From Phycisphaerae bacterium (lineage in GTDB: Bacteria > Planctomycetota > Phycisphaerae > UBA1845), in the NCBI GenBank assembly GCA_963666835.2, contig CAXXGO010000003.1, forward strand, positions 384,001 through 448,000: a DNA stretch of 64,000 nt, read 5' to 3'. Under the pieces are notes generated by a model. The model was given only the letters and a program-made list of their open reading frames with translations, made no database searches and had not been told where the DNA came from. Of the stretch, positions 20,506-29,200 are shown in pieces. How positions within the stretch are numbered: position 1 is the first letter of the stretch; the number at the start of each line of letters is the position of its first letter. The translations under genes and the position numbers were made by a program.

Positions 20506-22456
20506 GGAGGCACCCTCCCAACCGGTCAGCAACCGGGAAGAGTGACTGGTCCCAATTCGGGCCTCCGTCGGAGTCAGAACTACATGTAGGGCCCTCATAC
20601 CCAGAGAGAAGGGCCGATTTACCGTCAGTTGCGTCAGTTGCGCCAGAAACCCAATTATTAGGCCCGTGAGGCCCGATTCCGCTTGGCGCAACTCGGATCT
20701 CAACGTCGTCAGTTGCGCCAACATCGCGGCGGTTTGCGCCAGGATCGGCGTTGGCCGGAGGCTCCGGACCCCACCGCAGGGATATCGTCCGGCTGGAATC
20801 AGCCCCTCGACCACGGGATATGGACAGCCCCACAGCGTGTAATGCCCCCTCCAACCGCCCAATACGAGCGCTCAGCGATCGCGCGTTCCGCGGCCAACCC
20901 TGCGGCACTTGGTCAGGGACAAGCAGATTGAACAGGGCCGTCGATGTGCCCTCCCAACTGCGCCTGGCCCTAACAAACTTCAAGACGCCTTGGGCTACCG
21001 GATCAGACTCAATAACGTCCGCGACAATGCTCTGACGTTGCCCACAATAGGTCTCAAACGCCGCTGCCCCCAATACTCCATCCATCGCGGAGAGGATCCG
21101 CCCGAACTCGGCGAGACGGGGCAGGTTATCCGGGCGCGTGTCCGGCAGAATGCGGAGGACTTCGACCGCCAGGTCCAGCACACCCCCTAGAACCAACGGG
21201 TGAACTCGCCGAAACGCAGTCGCCTGCTCTACCTCTGTCCGGCGATCCGCTTCCGAGATCTGCTCAAGCTCCAGCAACATCAGACGAGAGCCGAGGTCAC
21301 CACGCATTGCGCCGGGATCGATACTCGTGAGCAATACGCACCGGCGAAACCCCACTACCGCAAGAGAATCGTCAGTGTACAACTTCCTTCGGAGCAGAGC
21401 CTCTCCGGTAACCGCCCGGCACAGCGCGTCACTCCAATCTGCGCGGATCGTCGAGACATTGTCGACCGGCACGACCCACGAGCCCGCGGCCCCGATCACC
21501 CACGCTTCCGTATCCCGCGGTGGCGTGCGAGGTCCTACTGCAGACGGGTCGAGAATGTCCGCCAGGAACCGAGCCGCCGTAGTCTTGCCAGCGCCCTCCC
21601 CGCCGCCTAACAGCACAATGGGATGATCGATATCGCCGAACAGCAGCGACACCAGCCAGCCGCATAGCAATGGCCAAGCCTCATCGTCTACGTTCAGAAG
21701 TCCCCGAAGATGGTCGAGATCTCCTCCTTTCGCCGGATCAGGTAGCTCACCGGTCAGGGCGGTGCGATAGAACAGAACCGGCGATCGAGCAACGACCTCC
21801 CAACCGCGCGGGCTAATCACGATGGCCCGCCCGTCCGACGAGCCCAAATCGATCACCCTGTCGTCGCCGTGTTCAGCAACGCGAAGGTGCACGGGTTCCG
21901 GCGTGCCCTCCAGGGCCATCCCCTCCAACACGAGCAGCGCGTCGCCAACTGCGGAGCTATTGGGGACCTTGCCGAACTGGCGATTGTAGTTCCGAGCCAT
22001 CTCGGCCCGGAGCGACTGCCGACCACCCCGGAACATCCGCGCTACGTTCGGGCCATCCTTCAGGACCGCGAAGGGTGAGCCCTCCATAGTCTGGCCCAGC
22101 CGATATCGCTCGTGGACCATGCCAACCAGCTTGTCGGCAACCCCATCTCCGCATCGATTCTCGCCATCCTGCCCGGCTTTGTCCTGCCGGAGTTCGTCAG
22201 CCTTAATAGCGTCGTTCGCCTCCAACTCGGCACTCTCCAGCATGCGGCAGACGTCTTCAACCTCGATGGGCTCGTCGCCGGTCAGACGTTCGTCAGACGC
22301 CCACTTCGTGGCTACCTCCTTACGTTTCCGCGGTGAGCCGAGACGGTACCGCTCCATCGCGACATCCCGTCCGCCGCGTGTGGCGATGAACAGTGTCATC
22401 CGGTTGGGTTCTGATTCGGTCCGAATCTCAAATGGTAGTCGGGCGTTATCCGGCAT
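20498..22456 (-). CDS. P-loop ATPase, putative replication helicase of the integrative element
   Basis: RBS GAGGAGG; Walker A GGEGAGKTT, VDNVS, SDALCRAVTG..RKLYTD, RGDLGSR and PRLAEF motifs. Confidence 0.75.
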   Translation of the reverse strand: MPDNARLPFEIRTESEPNRMTLFIATRGGRDVAMERYRLGSPRKRKEVATKWASDERLTGDEPIEVEDVCRMLESAELEANDAIKADELRQDKAGQDGENRCGDGVADKLVGMVHERYRLGQTMEGSPFAVLKDGPNVARMFRGGRQSLRAEMARNYNRQFGKVPNSSAVGDALLVLEGMALEGTPEPVHLRVAEHGDDRVIDLGSSDGRAIVISPRGWEVVARSPVLFYRTALTGELPDPAKGGDLDHLRGLLNVDDEAWPLLCGWLVSLLFGDIDHPIVLLGGGEGAGKTTAARFLADILDPSAVGPRTPPRDTEAWVIGAAGSWVVPVDNVSTIRADWSDALCRAVTGEALLRRKLYTDDSLAVVGFRRCVLLTSIDPGAMRGDLGSRLMLLELEQISEADRRTEVEQATAFRRVHPLVLGGVLDLAVEVLRILPDTRPDNLPRLAEFGRILSAMDGVLGAAAFETYCGQRQSIVADVIESDPVAQGVLKFVRARRSWEGTSTALFNLLVPDQVPQGWPRNARSLSARIGRLEGALHAVGLSISRGRGADSSRTISLRWGPEPPANADPGANRRDVGATDDVEIRVAPSGIGPHGPNNWVSGATDATDGKSALLSGYEGPTCSSDSDGGPNWDQSLFPVADRLGGCLLE

Positions 22457-22946
22457 ATGCGTGCCTCCTCGACCGACGATGACTGACCACGGCCGCCTTG
22501 CGCTTGGGCGAAGCACCTCCCGGGACGAACGGCTCGGCGACCAGGTCTTTGGCCCGCCGCACAAGTTCCCCAGCCCGTCGACGCCGGTCCGCGAGGGACT
22601 TGACCGCCCCGGCCCATCGATCGACGTCAGTATCGAGCACGTCCTCCTCTACCAGCTCCTGAAGCTCGCTCGGATTGAACTCGACGCTGAACGGGTCCCG
22701 GGCTCGCCGGTTCAGCTCGTGCAGGTCGTCGAGGGTCAGCCGGACGTCATTCTCGGCCGCAGTGCAGAGAATCGCGAACAGCCACGAGTGCTCCGGGAAA
22801 CCAAAGTCCGCGCCGCACAACCCGATCCGGTACGCCGCGTTGTTCAACAAGACCGGAAAGTGGAATCCGCTCGACAGTAGCCGCCGCTCGTAGTCGCGAG
22901 CCTGCTCGACGTGGATTGCGGGGTAGTCGTCAATATGTCTGTTCAT
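22446..22946 (-). CDS. Hypothetical protein, possibly helicase N-terminal-like
   Basis: Overlaps both neighbours in the operon; 166 aa. Confidence 0.6.
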   Translation of the reverse strand: MNRHIDDYPAIHVEQARDYERRLLSSGFHFPVLLNNAAYRIGLCGADFGFPEHSWLFAILCTAAENDVRLTLDDLHELNRRARDPFSVEFNPSELQELVEEDVLDTDVDRWAGAVKSLADRRRRAGELVRRAKDLVAEPFVPGGASPKRKAAVVSHRRSRRHAYAG

Positions 22947-23422
22947 GACTTGCCCTCCACAACATCGAGCAAGCCCTGCGCGGCCGCGTAATCCCCAGAG
23001 ACGACGCGTGCGGCTTGATAGAGGTATCGCTCGCAGAACCTGCCTGCGGACATGTGACTACCGGCGAATACGAACGGAATGCGATACTGAGCCATCCATG
23101 CCGAGATGGAGCCCAGCACGGCCGCCGGTGTGACCTTCGGCCGCCAGCCACCGGCCTCGATGGTGTTAAGGTCAGCCTCGACTATCACACACCGGAACCG
23201 GAAGCCTCGAAGCCGCCGGAGTTCACGCTCGAAACGACGCCTGCTTCGGCCAACGCACTGAACGAGGTCGTATAACGACTTGTGTTCGACGCTGATTAGA
23301 CTGGTCAGCCCAGCAACCGAGCAATCCCCCGTCTCCAGGGTGCCCCGTTTGCTGGGCAGGTTCTCGAAGGTGAACGGGTTCTGCTCGCGGGTGTCGATGA
23401 TGATGTGGGCGTCAACCTTCAT
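22943..23422 (-). CDS. ERCC4/XPF-family nuclease domain protein
   Basis: IIIDTREQ, LETGD, VEHKSLYDL and RFERELRRL motifs. Confidence 0.85.
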   Translation of the reverse strand: MKVDAHIIIDTREQNPFTFENLPSKRGTLETGDCSVAGLTSLISVEHKSLYDLVQCVGRSRRRFERELRRLRGFRFRCVIVEADLNTIEAGGWRPKVTPAAVLGSISAWMAQYRIPFVFAGSHMSAGRFCERYLYQAARVVSGDYAAAQGLLDVVEGKS

Positions 23423-23621
23423 TGTACACACCCCCATGTCCCCCACGCCTGGCGTCAATCTCCCTGAGCGCCAGCACGGTGTACTGCCGAGCGAGATTCA
23501 GCTCCCCGCTGAGCGCGGCCGCGGCGGCCCGCAGGAGAATGAAGCCGGCCCCGTTCACAACGGCAGACAGCGGGATCTCCCGAAGCCCAGCCGCGACGGG
23601 GTTCTTGGTTGGGCGCCTCAT
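23412..23621 (-). CDS. Small hypothetical protein
   Basis: ATG overlaps the upstream TGA and the stop overlaps the ERCC4 start. Confidence 0.45.
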   Translation of the reverse strand: MRRPTKNPVAAGLREIPLSAVVNGAGFILLRAAAAALSGELNLARQYTVLALREIDARRGGHGGVYNEG

Positions 23622-23869
23622 ACGGCACCGCCTTCCGCCGAGGCTTGCGCCGCCTCGACAGCGTCCTCCCAGCCCTCCTTGACCGAGACACCCTTCCGGC
23701 GGAGTTCGAACACGATGAACCGGACGTAGCTCGCCGGAATCTGCCGACGACCCGAAACAACCGGACATAGGTCATCTCGGAGTTTCCGGTCGTAGAACAA
23801 GCGGGTGATTACCGCAGGCTTCACGCCGAGGATTCTCGCTACACCACTTACACCCAAGATCGCTGACAT
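23618..23869 (-). CDS. Small HTH DNA-binding protein (AlpA/Xis-like)
   Basis: MSAILGVSGVARILGVKPAVITRLFYDRKL..PVVSGRRQI. Confidence 0.65.
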   Translation of the reverse strand: MSAILGVSGVARILGVKPAVITRLFYDRKLRDDLCPVVSGRRQIPASYVRFIVFELRRKGVSVKEGWEDAVEAAQASAEGGAV

Positions 23870-24094
23870 ACTGCCATCTCCGCACCAGCCCATCATGACG
23901 ACCGCCACTCGGCAGCCCTTGTATGCGCAGTATTGTCAGAGATGTGCGCTTCCGATGTGGGTCACGAATGGGGCAAAAAAGGGTCACGAATGGGCTGGCC
24001 GGGACGAAGAGTCTGAAGTGCGCGCACAGCCAAGCCCCGCCAGTGAGATCGGCAGGGCTTCATTCGCAGTTATCGCGCTATCGTAGTGCTCAGA

Positions 24095-25354
24095 CTACTT
24101 CTTCGGACCTTGTATCGGGTGTTCCTTGCAATAGGCCTGCCCCTTCTCTGTCGTCACCCGGCCTTGTTTTCCGCCTGCTGGACACATAATCAACCCGTGG
24201 GGCTCCAGGGCGTTCTCGCGAATCCTCCGAATGGCCTTTCTATCACGATCGGTGTTCTCTTGAAGAACCGTATCCGTGATGCCGGTTCCGCAATCGAGCG
24301 TGTGCTTGTTGATTGCGTGAAGGATCTGCAGGTCCGGGAAGTCCAGGCAGAACTCGCGGTCTTTCTCGCCCCCGCCATCCACAAGGGCGGCTGATCGGAC
24401 CCCAGTATTCTCCGAACCAGTGTTCGTTTTCCGGATGTTCTCGATTATCCTACAAACATCGCGAGACACCTGCCCCTTTATGGCCTCGACCGGATCTGCC
24501 GGAGCTTCACTGCAAACTCTCTCGGCGCGCATCTGATCGCAGAGAAGCTCATAGTCGTCAACCTCCTTCGAGCGGTACCCGAAGTGGAGTTTGAGCCCGT
24601 ACAAGTCAGAGTCTCCATCGAGCAGTGTCTTCCCGAACCACCTCGAAGCCCTCTCGACGGCCCGCTCGGCCTCGTCCTCGTCGTTGACCACCTTGGGCAC
24701 ATCCTCCATCGGAGAGGGCGAGTACCAGCCGAACCTCGGCAGGGGTTGGTCCGTGTATCCAAGGCGGAAGGCGAGCCGAGTCCCTAGCGTGCCGTTGAAC
24801 CGGCCAAAGCAAGCCGGATCCCGGGGCGGAAATACAGAATCGCCTTCAGACAACTCGCGTACCGCCTCTTGCTTGAATCTGACGAACGCTTCGGCGAGAC
24901 CCTGCTTGAGCTTCTGATCGCCGCAATCACCGATTCCGGGAAAGACCGCCTTCAGGTCTCGATCCAAGGAGTCGTGTTTGGTGATTCGCCCCATCCGATC
25001 TAGCAGGCTGGGGCGACGAGGCGGTTTCGCCGCGCCGCATTTTTGCCGCTCTGCAATCGACTCCTGTTTTGCCTTCTTGCGACCCACAAGAGCCCGCTTG
25101 CACGCCTCTCGGTTTTCCCGGAAGAGTCTCAAGAAGAAGTCCTCCACGGCATCGTTGATCTCGTCGTCGGGGATACCGTTAAACTCCTCGAACGGAAACG
25201 GGGGAAGGCCGAAGTCCAACGGCCCGGGAATGGGACGTCCGCAAGACTTCCAGTCATCATCTTCGTCGACCGGCGCGGGAATATCTCCCTCATCGATGAC
25301 GCGCAGGATGTTGAAATTCCACCAATGCCGATAGAAGACGCGATACCGCTTCAT
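24095..25354 (-). CDS. Hypothetical protein with C-terminal winged-helix-like segment
   Basis: RBS GAGGA; 419 aa; C-terminus DLQILHAI..LEPHGLI...GRVTTEKGQAY. Confidence 0.6.
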   Translation of the reverse strand: MKRYRVFYRHWWNFNILRVIDEGDIPAPVDEDDDWKSCGRPIPGPLDFGLPPFPFEEFNGIPDDEINDAVEDFFLRLFRENREACKRALVGRKKAKQESIAERQKCGAAKPPRRPSLLDRMGRITKHDSLDRDLKAVFPGIGDCGDQKLKQGLAEAFVRFKQEAVRELSEGDSVFPPRDPACFGRFNGTLGTRLAFRLGYTDQPLPRFGWYSPSPMEDVPKVVNDEDEAERAVERASRWFGKTLLDGDSDLYGLKLHFGYRSKEVDDYELLCDQMRAERVCSEAPADPVEAIKGQVSRDVCRIIENIRKTNTGSENTGVRSAALVDGGGEKDREFCLDFPDLQILHAINKHTLDCGTGITDTVLQENTDRDRKAIRRIRENALEPHGLIMCPAGGKQGRVTTEKGQAYCKEHPIQGPKK

Positions 25355-26035
25355 GACACCATCCTCTCGAAGGTCCGGCCGCCACCCGGGCGCCTCGCGG
25401 GATGGTCTCGCGAAGCGCCCAGGGGGCGTGCGGCGATAGCTAATCGCCTACCGGATGTTTCAATGCGGCTCTGGACCGGTGATATCTTCGCGGTGTTGAA
25501 TCCGCCGATCCGGAGTGGCTCCGAGGGCAAGCTACCCCCGAAGCATGTCTAACGACGCCCGCAATCATACCGCACAATTAACCCGCCGTCAAAGCTCACA
25601 CAAGTCTATACTACAAATGTGGTACAAGTTCGTGGCGGTACGCAGTGCCAGGCTCGGCGACTGCCAGAAGGCCCAATTTGTGACAGATGGCTGCCACATA
25701 ATTCCATCAGGAGATCGTCGTGGAGGCGATTAGGGCGGTAGTCGTCCGCCTCCCAAGGTAGGGACCGTCGTTCCCGGCTCCACGGGATCCTCGGATCTGC
25801 TGATTTGGTGGGTGCCGGGCCGGTCCGCGGATCCTCTCCCCAGCGTCACTGGGTAACGCTGGCCGGGGGTGCACGCACGACTTCCCGGGGCGTTGTCCCG
25901 CGCAGGGAAAGTCAAACCACCGGGGCGAGCATTTCGAGCCTCGTGAAGCGGGAAGGCCCGACCTAGACCACCTGCGCCGGGAGTGGTTCGATCGGGCCGG
26001 GCGCTCTGACGATGTGGATTGTGATCACCCACGCA

Positions 26036-26178
26036 GGTCCAGTAGTCCCTTATTGGGGTTTTTTCTTCAGGCATCGCTTCGGCACAGTAACGGTTCATCC
26101 ATCGCGCGGCCGGCGGCGGCGCTCTGCCGCCTCACCGGCCTTGCGGGCCATCCATACTCCCGCCCGAAGCCGCCATAC
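26036..26178 (+). repeat. Orphan plus-strand copy of the ~120-bp leader repeat
   Basis: Colinear with the reverse complement of 43089-43200 (cagtagt..ttcgg..atcgcgc..gctctgccgcctcaccggc..tgcggg). Confidence 0.8.
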
Positions 26179-26227
26179 GCCGCTCTGGCGTCCGTATGGA
26201 GTCCTCAACCGAAGCTACTCCGATTGA

Positions 26228-29200
26228 CTACGGACACCCCGCCGGATCGCTGAACGGGTACGGCTCGCCTTTGAACCCGGATACGGTTCGTTGGACATCG
26301 GTCATATTGACGATCGTGTTTGGTACCTCTCCGTCCAAGTCGACCCAGGTCAGAGGCGGCGCTGTTTCCAGCCCGGAGAAGCCCTGCAGAATCGCTTGAA
26401 TGTCGCTCATGTTCACCACACCGTTGGCCGGATCCCACGTTCCGGTGAAACCACCCACCACATCACCCCAGAACTTCACCCCGGGCTGCGCGACCGTGTT
26501 GACCAGAAGCGGATCGGAGAAGACGATCTCGTCCGGCGTAGCCGTTATCGCATACTCGGCCGCCGGAGTGATCAGACAATCTCCTACGTGCACAACTGCG
26601 GGCCAATCATCACCGAAGTACGCCACGTTCTCCACCTCCGACACCCATACGCCAGGATCATCCGGCACTTCGAGAGGCTCACCCACCCAACCATCGGCGC
26701 CGATCGAACCGGGGAAGTAGTCGCTACCGGTCAGCTCCACCTTGAACGCCACCGTGGCTGAACCGCTGTTTGGATCGAAGGAAACATAGCGGTTCTTCGG
26801 CTCGGCGTCGGTTCCCGTTGCCGGGAGCGGAGATGCCAAATCAATCTCAGCCAACTCACCACCGCGGGCGAAGTTGATGACGGCTCCTTCATCGATCAAC
26901 GTGTTGTAATAGACTTTGCACCGGTCGATCGTGATATTGGCCGCGGCTTTGCCATCCGCGCGGAAGATCAGCTCGTCTACGTATAGTGCTTCCGGTTCGG
27001 CGATACCCTGCTCGTCGTTGTCAAAGAGGTCAACGAACGAGACGGTACTGCCAGCCGCAACCTCCAGCCGGCCCATGGCGAAGTTGTCGCCATATCCGCC
27101 CCCGTCCGCACCCGCGACCTCGAATGTCTGAGATGTATCGCCGTTCATCGTCAGGAAACCGTCCGTCCAATCAAACCGAACGGGGTCCGTGCTTTCGTTC
27201 GCGAAGTCCCCACCGAGGAACACCCCGGCCGTGGGTGCTGCCCGGCCCTTGAAGGCCGGCCCTACGTAGACGTCGACAAAACCCGTCACAAGAAAGCGGC
27301 CCAGGACGGTCACGTGGGCGTTCTCATAGACGCGGAACTTCGGTGGCGGAGAGATTCCTCCCCGACTCGACAGGCCGCAACAGTTGAGGCAAACCGCCGC
27401 ATCCGCACCGACCATCTCGAAGTCGGCGCTCACGGTTACGGACATCTCGTCGGTCAGTTGCACTAAGCCTCCGAATGCCTGCGGGCATTCACAGCGGCCA
27501 TGCAGAATTGACAGATTCTCAGCACTGAGCGACGCAGATACCGGGCTACCCGAGGCCTGGTACACTCCGGCCGCCGCAACGGTCACCTGACCGGCAGAAA
27601 CATCGATCTCGCGATCGTGGGCCACGTACAGATTGCTGGACGGACACAGGGCCGGGTCATCGGTATCCAGACCGCCGCGGATGAGGAGTCCCGCCCCGGT
27701 CACGATGGCGAGGTCGTCGTCTTCCATGGCATCGTCGCTGGTGACGTTGAGCGTCGCCGCTTCAAGCAGAGCGAGGGAGTTGACCGTAACGGGCATATCG
27801 AGATTGACCGTCTCGGTGACGTTCGAATCGCCGCGGATAACAACGTTATATGTCGTTCCGCCGTCATTGTCCGGCACCTCGTCGTCCTGCCAGTTCTCCG
27901 GCGTGCTCCAGTCGTCGTCGGCACCTCCGTCATCCCATTCATGACATTCGTCCGGCACACCGAACGGCGCGAAGTCGTCCGCGGATGTCTCGTCTGCAAT
28001 GTCGCAGCCATCCGGAACGCCGTTGAGATTGCAGTCGTCGCAGCCCGGATCGACCGCCGAATCGCAGGCGGCAATGTCGCACTCGTCCGGAATGTCGTTT
28101 TCGTTGCAGTCCGCGCTCTGGCCGCAACCGGGGAGATTGCAGTTTCCATCCAGGGCGCCGCAGTCCAAATCGCATACGTCGGGAAGATGATTGACGTTGC
28201 AGTCCAGGTAATACTCGTAGGCCCCCATGTCGACTACCGGCGAGCCGGGAACACCCGTGTCGGCCGTGTCTGGGTCATCAACGGAGCGAGGTCTCCCGCT
28301 AAGGTCCAACGGCGTCGGTTCGACAATGTCGCCGTCGTCGTCTAGATCCGTAACGTCCGCCGGGAGTGCCGTACTATCGGCGGCGTCAATGCCCGGCGAT
28401 CCCGCCGAGAGCCGCAGGTCGTCGTCTTCAGTACCCACGATGTCGTCCAGCCCGTCGGCGTCCACCAGGAGCGGGTCTACGTTGATATTGTCAGCACCCG
28501 CCCCGACCAATGTCCCATCCTGCACGCAACAGTAATCCAGGGTCCGGCTACCCGAGCCGTCAGTTGCGATCTGCGGCGCGGAGCTGTTCCACAGAACGCA
28601 GTTGTCCATTAGAAGTACCGAGGACGATTGGAGCCAGGCCACGCTGCCCGTCGTCGAGGCGGAGTTGTTGCTGAACGTGCAGTTCACGAAGGTGCCCGTC
28701 GCCCCACCGTGTCCGAGAAGTGCGCCGCCGGATCCATCCGCCGTATTGCCGGAGAACGTGCTGTTAACGATGGTCTGCGCACCGAACGCGTCGGCAAACA
28801 TGATTGCCCCGCCCATCCCGGTGGCCAAGTTGTCGAGGAACTCACAATTAACCATGACGGTGTTATCGTTGCCCAAGGACGCCGCCCCACCGTTCACTGA
28901 CGTGTTAGCGATGAAACGGCAGTCCCGGAACTCCGGGACGCCGGGCCCACCGCTCGACGTAACCAACACCGCTCCGCCGTCTACCGCGCTGCGATTGTCC
29001 TGGAAGGTGCATTCCGAGATTGACGGGGCCGAGGTGGGTCCAGCCACGACTACCGCTCCCGCGGAGTCTATCGAGTCATTCTCGAGGAACCGGCAGTTCC
29101 GCACCGTGCAGCTACCATCCTGGACGTACAGGCCGCCACCCCGGCAGGACCCGCTACATCCCGCCGTATTGCCCGACCGGATGGTGAAGCCGTCCAGCAC

